64,000 bases of DNA, taken from the NCBI GenBank assembly GCA_973895155.1, contig OZ316893.1:21064955-21128954 (forward strand), given 5' to 3'. The first letter of the stretch is position 1, and the number at the start of each line of letters is the position of its first letter. Made by a program: the position numbers and the translations under genes. Shown here in pieces: positions 52,304 to 64,000 of this stretch. The stretch is from Marsupella aquatica (lineage: Eukaryota > Plantae > Marchantiophyta). The notes under the pieces were generated by a model. The model made no database searches. It had not been told where the DNA came from and worked only from the letters and a program-made list of their open reading frames with translations.

Positions 52304-53243
52304 TGTTCCTTATTTAGTCCTGTGATGGAGAGGTGTAGATTTTCGTATCTCTTGTTGTTCTAGCTGGAGTACTTCAAGCTACTCAGGTTGCTAACCGGTA
52401 TTGGCCAAAGTTTTGCACTAAGCTTTCAGCCCTGTGTGCAAGTTGTAAATATTCGCCAGTTTGATGGAAAGGAATATCGATTTCAAATTATTTTAAACCT
52501 GCATTGAGCTGGATGCGCAAACAAAGGTTCATACTGAAAACACTGCCGACGAAAACATTCTGCCCTTTTTGATCTCGGCAGATAGATCCAGGTGGCAATA
52601 GACATTTAACGGGAGCCCAGGTTGGTCATGGTGGATCGTTCCAATGAGCTGCGATGACAAATTTGCATGAATGTGTTACTGAAATGTGACTTCCATCGTA
52701 CTCGAGATGCGCCAGTTCCCACTTTGTCTACATCAGTGATGACTCTTAATGTAATTAGATGAATAGTATATGCCATCACATTGGTAGATTGTCCTTCACG
52801 CCAACCCTTCAAATTTTACCAAGGCACAGAGAAGCATTATAATTTAGGCTTCTGCGAAGCATATCCATTACATCTTGATGACATGCCAGAAAGGATTGAT
52901 GACTTTAGGAATGGTTCTTGGATCAACCTCGTGGATAAGTGGTTCCACTATCAATCAAAAACAAACCAAATACACCAGCAGGAAATTTTGAATACAAATC
53001 CGTTCTTCGGCAACACCAAATCTCCAGGACTACGTGTGTCTCAAGAGCAGCCACTTGAGCAGGGTTAGGAAGCTCTCCCCGAGTTCTATTTTTCGCTACA
53101 TTTATACAAATTATACATGCAGACCTTGTCCACCTTGATATATCTTTCTACGCTGGGACGATGGATGCTGCAACACTTCACAGTAGTTCCAATACCAACC
53201 AAATCACGGTTCCCAAAGAAAGTTTTCGGACAACTGTGGCTGT

Positions 53244-54377
53244 TCATAGCTCAATAGAATTTTTGTTTAACAACTGAAGAATAATTTTACGAGGCGGATG
53301 TTCGAAGGAATACTCTGGTTTTTGCCATTCAAGCTCCTTGTTCTTACTACCGAGCCCACACGTTTGAAACAGGCATGATCTGTTATTTCCGTCAGCTGCA
53401 CTGGCCCAATCCACTATCGCTAAAAGCTCATTATGATCCGTCAGAATGGCAAGAGGCCAGACTTCAACAGATTCAACTGGAGCATTTGTTGCAAACGAAA
53501 ATGAATGCAGGTGTACCCATAAATTTCCATGAAAGTCATAGACCGGAATACCAAGCGGAGTCATTGAATAGAATTTGCCTCCTGCCACAAACATTCTTTC
53601 CTTGGCCACTCCAACAGGTTCCACCTCTCCCCACTCGTCCTTCGTTGGATCATAAACTTCCAGAACGTCTCCCCAGCGTGGAACGGCATCTCCGGGCCCC
53701 AGGGCTTTGAATACAAAAATTTATCGAATCGCTGTGCAAATTCACCTCTCAATCTTGCAACGTGATTACCACGTCGCAAAGAAACTATGGGTCTGAAGGG
53801 AGACCAAGTATTTTCCTTGGGATCGTATAGCTCAGATCCAGAAATCGCTTCGTGATTGACGGCACCTCCATCAATTCCATCAAGTACACCGCATCCAAAC
53901 TCTCGTTTTGGTTTGTGCATACTTGCACATTGTTTCCACTCTCTTTGCCCGGCCACACCCAGCACATGTAATTTGCAATCCACTCCCCCAAAAACGTATA
54001 CTTTCCCATCCAATGTTGCTGTCCGGCCCCATGGCTCGGTTGCTCGATCAAACTGTTCACTTGTGATTGGAGGAAGTTCACAACGAACCGACTTGTCTCC
54101 AAATGAGTGGATACAAAGCCTATGGATATTTTCGACAGGGCAGCGACATGTAAGTAAAAACCAATCTGTTGATTGAGAGCGAACTCTTGCATCGTAGACT
54201 TGGCGACTTCGAACTACATGACACGACTCACGATAAGATGATGACACTTTTCCAGGGCAACTTTGTTCCTATCTGATCCAAGGTAATCTCATCGGGGATA
54301 CCTGGAATGAGTTGCTCAACATGTGCCTCAGAACTCGGACATCTCACGCTGGCCTGCTTGCCTCCAGGCACAGTCAT
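53244..54377 (-). pseudogene. F-box/kelch-repeat pseudogene
   Basis: ATG at 54377 gives ...QLIPGIPDEITLDQI..KLPW (F-box), then a stop/frameshift at ~54240. Kelch repeats GKVYVFGG..W...ASM...R..FGC and ELYDP.ENTW lie in ORF 53561-54247. A second frameshift leads into ORF 53244-53624. Confidence 0.8.
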
Positions 54378-54401
54378 AGTCTTCCGTCCTCTTCCTTAAT
54401 G

Positions 54402-54740
54402 GAATGCCCTCCAAAATACGTTCCGTCCGCCGAGTAAAATCAGCCTCCCTGTTCAGAGCTTGAGCTGGATGCCCGAGAGCACAGTCAAGCCCTTGAGCAG
54501 AACAACTTGAGAACCAACATCCGAAGCACAGGCTACTCGACCAGCGCTAGGAGGTTCGTATAATCACCCTACCAACAGCACGTACAGTGATCTTTCCTCA
54601 AATTAAATGCCCTCCAAAGTACCATTCCATCCACCGAGAAGAGTAACCCTTACTGTTCCGAGCTCGAGCTTGATGCCCGAGGGCATAGTCAAAGCCTTTG
54701 GGATTCTAGCAGAACAACTTGAGAAACAAGATCTGAAAGA
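54402..54740. repeat. Degenerate ~130-bp direct repeat
   Basis: AATGCCCTCCAAA...GATGCCCGAG...CAGAACAACTTGAGAA at ~54402 and ~54606. Confidence 0.7.
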
Positions 54741-55399
54741 GAAGCCACGGCAGCACCGACGCTTCATGGGCGCAATCGTCCCGTGCGTTGATTCTGTGGT
54801 CACTTGAAAATTCCAACTGTTGCCTACACAATGCTCTACACACAAGCTTACCCAAGTGAGTAGGCCAGTTGGTTCGCACGAAGAGGAGCGGACTGGGCTC
54901 TCGAGGGATTGATGAGGGTGGCTTTACAACGAGTAGGGGGCACTGTGACTTTTTCTGCACATTACAAGATTTTCCTCCTTGCATCGGTCTGTACTAGAAT
55001 GTCCATCATAGGCATTGAAAGGGCAGTCTGAGATTTGTCCTCTACTTGTCTCTTGGTGAAGAATAAAATCTGAACTTGTATCGAATTTGGGTTTAAGTGA
55101 ACGAAAGGGATTACATTGTATAAACTCACTGATTACAGTGTATGAACTCACTGCCAGCAGGGCCTAATGGGCAATATTAGCCAGCCCTTGTTTTGGGGGG
55201 CAGTCTATCCACAATGTTTTGGGGGGCAATAACTGGAGGTCACTTATTGTTCTAAACGTAGACTCCGCACAAAAAGCTTTGAAATTAAGTTCACTAAGTG
55301 CCAATGGTTTGAATGAAGGAGCCAAAGGTTGGAAACATTTAGAGCCAACTTGCATATGGGCCGCCCTCACACTATCAACCCTTTAGTGATTGCAGGATG

Positions 55400-55997
55400 T
55401 AGATTTCAAGAGTATCTGTTGTCCTCAGCTACACAAGTCTTTTTCCTGTCCCTATTTTTTTGGTTTTTTTATCATTTTGTGGCCCTGCTTTCTGTGTTGT
55501 TTTGATGTCAAAGTACAAGACTTTTGCCCTTGTTTCTCCACTTTGTCCCATAATCCCTATGGTATTTATTCTTAGGTCTAGAGTTACCTTGTAACCACAG
55601 CTAGTCTAGCCATAGTCAGGTACTTGGTTATAGCAGGGAGTTAGTGAGTGAATGAAATTTAGACTCATTGTTATGGAGTCAGTTAGAAGATAGGAAGAGT
55701 TTATCGTGTGGAGACTTAGTATGGGCATCAGGCTTAGAGTTCAATAAATCTCTCTTTTGTATTCCCGTGGACTTAATCTCTGGTAGATGAACCACATATT
55801 TTATGTGTCAGTTACTTGTGCATGTGGTCTTGGATGTTATGTCCGTTTTGCTGGTGCAAAAACCTTTGGTTGCCTCCTACAGTGGTTGTGCCCCTGAGTG
55901 TGCTATGCACCAAAGCCCCTAGTTGCCTCCTGCCGTAGTTATACCCCTGAATCTGTTATGCACCGTCCATGGTGCTGCTCTTCCCAATTACTAGACA
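55400..55997 (+). mobile_element. Degenerate Copia-type solo LTR (boundaries approximate)
   Basis: AATAAA at ~55743 followed by CCCGTGGAC...GAACCACATA..TGTGTC, the same motif as at 189-225. TSD not resolved. Confidence 0.45.
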
Positions 55998-57386
55998 TAT
56001 AGAGTGCCATTATCCTCATGTTGAGCCTCTCATAATCAATCTTGAATTCCTAAGTAAATCTTAACTAGAATTTAAAATACCATTGGAATCAACAGTAAAC
56101 ACCATAAATTCATAAACAGCTTTAATGGAGTACCCATGGGGCCCACCAAAGAACTTGTATTATTCGTGCATATACCATAGACCAGTTTCAGTGATTTGTG
56201 ACTTCCAAAGTTGTGGGGTTCCTAAGCAACCATTGGGTGGATTGTCGCTATAAGTTTGGGCCCACACTCTATGTAAAGTAGTAAACTGTTTGTCAAAAAA
56301 TCAGAGCAGGAAAATCTAGCTCTATTTTAGTCCCTTCTAGGGCAATCTTTAAAGATTTTTAGTATTACCTACAAGAGCGTGACAAGTGGTATCTTGAGGA
56401 GAGGGGAGGGGAGGGGGAGGGGAGGATATGTTAAAAGGATTCTACATGAATTCTATATTAAAGGATTGTCTGATTGTGGCCAATGGAGGCTATGCTACGA
56501 TGGGAAACCAGGGAATGAGATCTAGGAAAAAGTGGTACATACTTTGAACGACAAGAAAGGCCCACTTTAAGAAATAGTTTTCAAGTTGCGTGGATTTTAT
56601 TTTGAAAGTTGCAGAATCGTCTTGTTCAACTAGTTTTTCCCATGCACGAATTTTGCAAGAGTTTGGTGATTTTTGAGTTATGTTGGCTCGTACAAACCAA
56701 AGGATTCAAGATCAAAAACCCAAGTGCTTTATATCTCAATAGTTAATGAATTTTCCCCTTCTCCTGGCTCTTTGTAGGGTTTATATCTCTTGTCACGTAC
56801 TTTATAGATAAATTTTCTCTTCCCCAAGCATTTCCATTTGGTTCAAACATTCTCACATCCTTAACATTTTTGTACCCCCCTCTACTCATCCCGCTGCTCA
56901 TCCAAAGTTTGCCTTTTCCTGTATAACCAGACCCTAAAAAAAACCACTCTCATGGGTTCTGGAGGATTTTGTTTATTTTGGACAAGTATTCTTGTAAAAT
57001 GCATTTGTTTTTGTCTACTGGGTCCCCTCATTCAAATGAATGTTGCCCATGGCAAAATGTTGATTTGCAATGCTACCCATGATGTGCAGATCCACATAAA
57101 GTGCAGGATTTGCTCAACATTGACCTAGCAAGCATAACTAGTTCAAAGTTCATTGCAGCAAGTGCGACTCAGAGTTCAAGCTCTCATAGGTCAGCTAGCT
57201 TTTGTACAAACCAACCCCAAAGTGGAGTTCACTCTGTAAGAGTCAGACCCAAACTCAATGCTGTCATTTGCACACATGTCTTCATATTTCCAAATGCTAC
57301 CTACACTACTCAGATCCACATACGCCCCAGCAATACTTGACCTAGAAAGCATAGCCTAGAGGTGGCAGTCTTCATAGCAACAAGTG

Positions 57387-57566
57387 AAACTCCCATTCAA
57401 GCTTCATAGGTACAGTAATCAACCTTTGCACAAAACTCCCATTCAAGCTTCATAGGTACTATCAACTTTTGCACAAAACTCCCATCCAAGCTTCATAGGT
57501 ACAGTAATCAACTTTTGCACAAAACTCCCATTCAAGCTTCATAGGTACACTAATCAACTTTTGCGC
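57387..57566. repeat. ~45-bp tandem repeat x4
   Basis: AAACTCCCATTCAAGCTTCATAGGTAC(AG)TAATCAAC(C/T)TTTGCACA repeated. Confidence 0.9.
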
Positions 57567-58093
57567 AAGACCCCTGTTTTACTTATAAAGCATGAATTTC
57601 AAGCCTCAAGTTAGAGTTGGGGTCTTGGCTTCTAGAGCAAAGTCTCTAGACCTAAATTTATGTTTATGGTTCTCCATGTGGATGGAAAGACTCATGGATA
57701 TGATGTATGTTAAATGATGATCATGTTTTTGTCATCTTATCATAAAAACGGAAACTAAGTTTACTTTTAAGGGCCTACTGTCTAGAGTGAAGCCTCTAGA
57801 GGGTAACCCAAAAGTGATCATGAGTCTCAATGAAAAAACTTTAAGTGAGGATGGACAAAAATTATTTTGATTTCAAATAAAAACAGAAATCTGAAATGAG
57901 GGTGGAAGAAAAACAAGGTTGGGCAAAGATTAGCATAGAAAATTTTATTATGCAAGATTATTTTACTTCATATCTATTTGGGAACTGGTAATGGGGCTAG
58001 TGGTTTCAATTTACATCAAATAAGTGGCATTCAGGCTCGTCCCAAGGATTTTAGGTTCATTCAGGAAACGTGAGACCCAAGAGGGCCAAGATT

Positions 58094-58141
58094 GGGGACC
58101 CACATCTAAGAGTGGGACCCACATCTAAGAGTGGGACCCAC
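58094..58141. promoter_or_regulatory. Triplicated GGGACCCAC (TCP-type site) upstream of the KEA gene
   Basis: 19-bp tandem unit GGGACCCACATCTAAGAGT; GGNCCCAC is the class I TCP consensus. Function is inferred only. Confidence 0.35.
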
Positions 58142-59103
58142 GGGGTTTGTAATAAAGGTTCTCATAATAAATGAGGTTTGGAGGAACGATAGACCTCGAA
58201 GTTTATTTCGTGTATGACTAAAAAGTGCAACACGGAAAGAGCGGGGGAGATCCAACATCATTGAAGCAAGTGACTTTGTGGAGCCGCGCCACCGAGAGGA
58301 ACGACCTTCAGAGCCAGAAACGAATCGAAACGAAACGAAAACGAAACGAAACGCACGAGACGAGATGTCGGAGACGAGACGAGACGAGACGAGGCCATGA
58401 CCTGCTCGGGGTATGAAGGATCAGAGAGCGCGCCATCAGCAGGAGTCCGCCAGGTTCCTTTGTTCATGACAACGATCGATCGATCGATCGATTGATCTTC
58501 GCGGATCTCTGGCGGACCACCGACAGAAACTTCTGTCGCACACAGCAATAGTTTCGGGTCACTGAACAAGGCCACTAGCTCACACAACCTGTTGCAGGAC
58601 AAAGTTTGCTGGCCCCGCGACTCGCGTGTTACAGAGAATGTTCCTGTTTGACAATGTCTCTGGATATACTCTAATGCGAAGTAATTGCAGGCCTTGTAGG
58701 TCGTGAACATCGTGTACATTGCTATCGTATCGCGGTCGACACTCAGTGCGATTGATTGACAGTGTTGCCACGATGACGGTGGAGGGAAGGGGTCTGTGGT
58801 CTGTGAAGAAGTTCTTGCTGTACAGTATTTGGTAGGAGGAGGTCTGGAGAATTCCGCAGCAGCGGCAGCGCCACAGGTTATGAGGAATTGATTGTCTCCA
58901 CGAGAGGAATTTGTTGGAGTTTTGTTCACGTGCAGGCAAATCTGACATTTTCCCATGGGATTCGCCATTTGTGCTCTTTCGTCACAATACTCTATGGTTG
59001 AAATGTCGTCTCTTTTCTCGGAGCGAGTATTCGTAGTCACAGCGATGATCAATTCCACAATTGATGAGAGTCCTCAACAGTGACGTCCAGGGCAAGGAAG
59101 GCA

Positions 59104-62100
59104 ATGGGAGGCACAATGGACCGACATCCGCGTAGGTTAGTGCACAATGGCGCCGATGGCTTGTCAAATTATGACATCAATTGGAGGAAGTGGAGTTTCC
59201 GCGGCTTTAGAAGCGATAGATCGACGCAGGTTACCTTGTGCTTGGTTTTCGTAGGCATCATTTGCTTACTGCCAGCAATTTGTAGATCTGAAGATGAGAT
59301 GCCTTTTTTCAACAACATCGATAGCGTTGGAGAGACCAAGATGCAGGAGGAGCAAAACGCTAATGCAACCACACATAAGGGAGACACCATTGCAGAAGTT
59401 TTTGAACGCGTCCTGGATAAAGAGTTCCCCGACAAGGATCCGCAAGAAGGTATACAGCCTTCTCGCCTTTGAATCCTCACTCCCTGGTCAAATTTGTAGA
59501 CATATTAGGATTTAATTTTAGGTGTAGCAAATGGAAACTTGGAATCAAGATGACTTGAACACCATTCCCTGGGTGTCAAGATGTCCTTGAGCTTTAATTT
59601 TGAGCTAGGTACGTGTGTGAGGTCCAACCCCCACTCCCCCGGGGGGCAAACAAAAACCCTCTAGCAGAAGCTAATCCGTTCTGTACAGGATAGCTTCTAT
59701 TTCAGCAGGATTAATAATTTTAAAAGAACGCAACGAAACCTACCTTTCCCGTATACATTCGATGGATCGTAGCTAGACTGGAGCACTAAATCAAACTTGA
59801 TGATTTGTTGAAGCACTCAGCATTGTGTCTTGCTCGCCCTGAGTAAAATTATACGGAAAGAGTGCGAAAGAAAGACTCGCGGCGTCCAGATCTGAAATTT
59901 TAGAATTTGCGTTTTGGCCATGTGTATTCGAGTTTCAATGTGCTGATGGGGATTTGGGAAGTATGATCCCGGCCATCTATAGCCGTTACTAAACGTTTAG
60001 GGTGATGATAACCTATATGGCTTTCGATTGCTGCAGGATTAGAAGGGGAAGTGGGGAGCAGTTTTAATAACAGTGTTGCCGATCAACAGGTGAGAGGCCA
60101 TAACACTACTAGGATTGTTGTTCATGTCTGCAATCTATTGTAGTAGCCTGCGATACAGCAAGTTCTTCGATAATCCAGACTGTTCTTACATCTCATTCGT
60201 AATCTCTGCTAATGATGATTTGGACTTTCACAGGCGGTGTTGGAGACTGTGGCTCGAGTGTCAAATCACAAGAAAAATGAAACAGAAGTGGAGCAGTAAG
60301 TGTGACCGCATCATTTTTTAAAATCCAAAAGAAAACAAGAAAATTGATTTTCTGACATTTTCCCTGATGCTTTGTGTCATAGTTGTCATCGAATGAAATT
60401 CGCCCTCTTTTGACCCTGGCAACCATCGGTCACTGTTGAAACTCTGGCATCTTAATTTGTGATACCCCTGTTCATTCGGAGGATTCCAACTACGTGAATG
60501 CCTTAGTACCTTTTACATAGAACTTACACAATTCAACGTTAGAACTACGAATCTTCACATTGTAAGCATGTGAGAGTAGTGCTGTAGTCTTTCCCTCTGC
60601 ATTCGCTTGATGGTGTGCGATCCTATGTGAAGAACATGTATCTTTTCCACTAATATCCGTGAATTCCAACTACTCTGTGTCTCGAATTTAAAATTCACTA
60701 GGTGACCCACGCTATCTTTGTGCAGTGACAAATCAAAATCATTTCAGTTCCAAGATCTGATCAACCTTGAGGACGATGGCTCTGAAGAGTTGCCTACCCT
60801 CATAGACAAAAAGGTTAGTATGCGAAGCAGACCCTGCGACAAACTATTTGCTGATACAGCCATCATTATCTGTCCCCCTAGTGGTGCTTGAGCTACTGGT
60901 CTGCATTGGGAAAGTGCTTAGCGAATTGTATCAGGGATTTACTTCCATAACTGTTCTAATTCGAAAAATAATCGTCGATCGTGCTCATATACCGATGTTC
61001 CAATTTACTAGTGAGAGAGAAGTAAGGCGGCACCTCTGATAAATGTCCAACGGTTTATGAATCGGCCAAATACTTTTCAGGACAACGTGTTTGTAATATC
61101 CAATCCAAGATCCGGCTATATGGTACTTCAGCAAGATTTGAGGTATTGTGAACTCTTGTTGTGGTACATTCTGATGATACCTGGTGCTGCTCTCTTTGAT
61201 AACTGGCAAGCAAGGAAATATTATTCTTGTAATTTGATAGCGCTTGAGTTTAAACGGAAACTATTTTGGGCAGGTTCATCTCCGATCTGGTGGTGGTTAT
61301 TGTATCTGCCGCTGTCGGTGGGATCATTTTTGCGGCTCTAGGACAACCCGTGAGTTCATTTCTAGTAGCGCGTCTTGCAGTATCTGTGGGTGCAAGAGGC
61401 TTGAAGATATTTCTCAATTTCTTTTAGCTGTTTGGGAACTGAACGTGGAAATAGAACTGTAGACTTCAGAATTCCGAAGATGGTTAAGGACTACGACTTC
61501 AGCTTTGAAGCGAAAAGGAAAACACTGTTTGACCTAGGAACAAATATTTTCAGGATTCTTAGGAGGCTCAAGATGAGTTCGTGTTCCTAAATGCTCATAG
61601 TTTTATCACACGTGGTATCAGAGGGCACGTTCAATTACTAGCAAATATTTTGCTATTTGTTGCTAGCTCATTGACACTTCTGCAGGTCATAACTGGTTAC
61701 CTGCTGGCTGGATCAGCGATTGGACCTGGTGGATTCAGTTTTGTTAGTGAACTGGTGCAGGTATGCCGTTGAACAGTGGCTCACCAATCGTGTGTGAATT
61801 ATAGTTGACAGTTTTGCCGAAGGAAACTCAACTCCTCAGGCTCCTTTAATTTCCACCTTTAAGCAATATTTTTGGTCAATTTATGTTTGAGCAAGACGTA
61901 CGTCAATATTGTGCACAATCTCCCTCTGTCAGCTCAGTTTGAATATTCTGAACGGCAGGTGGAGACATTGGCCCAGTTTGGTGTCGTGTTCCTGCTTTTT
62001 GCTCTTGGACTGGAGTTTTCTGTGTCAAAGGCAAGAAGTTTGCCACTCCCCGCTCGCTTTTCTCATGGCATTTCTTCCTGTCGTCTCAAGTTTTCTTTTA

Positions 62101-63683
62101 TTGTCTAACTGATTGAAATCCCGTGCTACTAGTTTTTGCAATATAGCATGGTCCATTGATCTCATGTGCCAGTCCTATTACTGCGTTTTTGTCTACTGTC
62201 GTTTCATTGCGGACTGCCCAATTATATTAGTAGATGAAATTTCGTGAGGCACACCGTGATGCGCTTGAATGGACTTCCTCTGAATGTCCGTTGTTTCTTT
62301 GAACAGTTACGTGCTGTTCGATCTGTTGCAATTTTGGGTGGATTAATGCAAATTCTACTTTTCATGGGCCTATGTGGCTTGATTGCTATGGTAGGTTGAG
62401 ATGACTTCTCTACTTTAACTCCCGCGCCTTGTAAGATCAAAGAAGATTATAGGGGAAGGATTTCAAATGCAAACGGATATCAGTTTTGAAGTGTGGAATT
62501 AACAGCATCCTATGTTCCTCATAATACTGCAGATATTCCGTCCATGTTTTCTCCTACCGTGATTGGATTCTGAGTACGTTACAATCCTATGCAGGTTTGT
62601 GGAGCCAAGATATCTGAAGGTGTATTTGTTGGTGCCTTTTTATCCATGTCTTCAACAGCTGTGGTAGGTCGTCTCATCTAGGATCCTCTGTCTAAGCTAT
62701 GTCCAATGTTTTCCTCATACCATAGTCGACGGCATGGATGGTATTCGTGTTGCTCGTCTTATCATACTTCTACTTCATTAAAAGGTATATTACATGGTGT
62801 CTCTTGTCATTTACTTTCCTGGATATGGCTTTTAAGAACCGTGTGCCACGCCGCATTAGCGGATTCCTAGGCAAGTAAGCAGTGCATTTTTTTCCTAGAG
62901 GGACCCAAACTCATGAAGCGGGTGTTGTTGGATATTACCCCAGGTGGATTCTTCTCTTGCCCTGCGAGTTCTATAGCTGTGGTATCCTGTTTATATTTCT
63001 GAGCTTTTGAAAGGTTTGTCCGCAATAAGATTCTGTTTGATGGTGGATATGTACAGGTCTTGAAGTTTATTGGGGATAAGAATACTATGAATGCCACCCC
63101 CGGTCAAGTTATAGTCGGCACTCTTATACTTCAGGTCTGTTTTTAATTGCTTGTTATCTTTCTTTCGTCCATTGCTAGCTTTTATACTGCCAAGAAGTCT
63201 TTTGATCTTGAGGCCACACAGATGACATGAACCTCTTCCTAATTGGGATGGCAAAACCTGTCTGAATGTTCTGGATGGCCTACTGTATCAGCACAAGTAC
63301 AGCTTCATGGTTAGAAACTTGATGGCACGTGTTCGTCTTTGAGCTCGACTGACTTTAATCGCTTGCAGGATTGTGCTGTTGGGCTGCTTTTTGCTCTTCT
63401 ACCTGTGCTTGCAGGCGAGAATGGAGTACTACAAGGCCTCATTTCCATGTCCAAAGAGTGAGTGTTGACCGACTGATCTCTTTGATTTGTACCTTCGACA
63501 CTGGAGTGGAGTGTCTTGTTTAGCATAATTTCACTGCCTAGCAGACGAGACCCAAGTCAAACAACAAAGTGGAATTCAATGTGCAGGCTGTTCGTACTAG
63601 TTGTCTTCGTTGTCGTTGCAGTTGTGGTGGCCAAAACGTTTGTTCCACGATTTCTCAAGATGATGATGAGGTTATCTGCCCAA
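59104..63683 (+). CDS. KEA: K+ efflux antiporter of the KEA4/5/6 clade (CPA2), 3'-incomplete at the window end
   Basis: Exons 59104-59449, 60037-60089, 60234-60295, 60726-60813, 61081-61142, 61274-61349, 61686-61760, 61959-62030, 62307-62390, 62595-62663, 63057-63134, 63369-63457 and 63587-63683. Motifs SFNNSVADQQAVLETVARV, PTLIDKKDNVFVISNP, GQPVITGYLLAGS.IGPGG, VETLAQFGVVFLLFALGLEFS, FLSMSSTAVVLKF, GTLILQDCAVGLLFALLP. Confidence 0.93.
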
Positions 63684-64000
63684 GTAAGGATCAATGATGT
63701 CTGCATTTGGTTTCCCACTAAAACTATGCAAAGTAGTTGAATAATCAAGATTACATGTACCGGTCTACTTACGAGGCATCAATTTTCTGTTCAAATCAGA
63801 AGCATTCACTTGTAGGTGCCAAATGGGTGTGTACGTCTAGCTTAATGCTAGCTGTTAAAGCCTACTTCGAGTCTAAAGTTTTGTGAATGTATAAATTGAA
63901 TCGGTTCCAAAGTAATTTTTTTCTCTTTTTGTAACTTCGATTAAACTCCATTCGTCAGAGACGGGGAACATTGTTACTATTTTGTTTTGGTGGGTAAACT

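Noticed and set aside
58258-59058. 266-aa minus-strand ORF upstream of KEA
   Set aside because: Overlaps the probable KEA 5' UTR/intron and a microsatellite, starts at a non-ATG codon, and has no recognisable domain.

Overview
Eukaryotic land-plant genomic DNA with GT-AG introns; the gene content and style suggest a bryophyte, probably a liverwort (inference). Bases 1-15.6 kb are mostly transposon debris: a Copia-type LTR piece, a LINE 3' fragment with TSD, Helitron-like ends with minisatellites, and MULE- and Tc1/mariner-type MITEs. Bases 33-64 kb hold ordinary host genes: class III peroxidase, LEA_2/NHL protein, SAFE1-like SET-domain protein, an F-box/kelch pseudogene and a KEA4/5/6-type K+/H+ antiporter. 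The standout is a ~12 kb two-gene module at ~16.0-27.9 kb. On the minus strand is a Sola-like DDD (DUF7869-type) transposase with three tandem Tnp1/DUF8039-like N-terminal domains and one homopolymer frameshift. Head-to-head on the plus strand is an intact 5-exon gene of ~1712 aa fusing a ParB/Srx-like domain, a beta-class N4C/N6A DNA-methyltransferase-like domain, an FCP1-type HAD phosphatase and a C-terminal Cys/His cluster. The non-coding parts of the module carry more than 20 copies of one palindrome, TCGCTC-N3-GAGCGA, mostly in two tandem arrays; these are candidate parS-like or operator sites. All domain calls come from motif recognition by eye, not from database searches.
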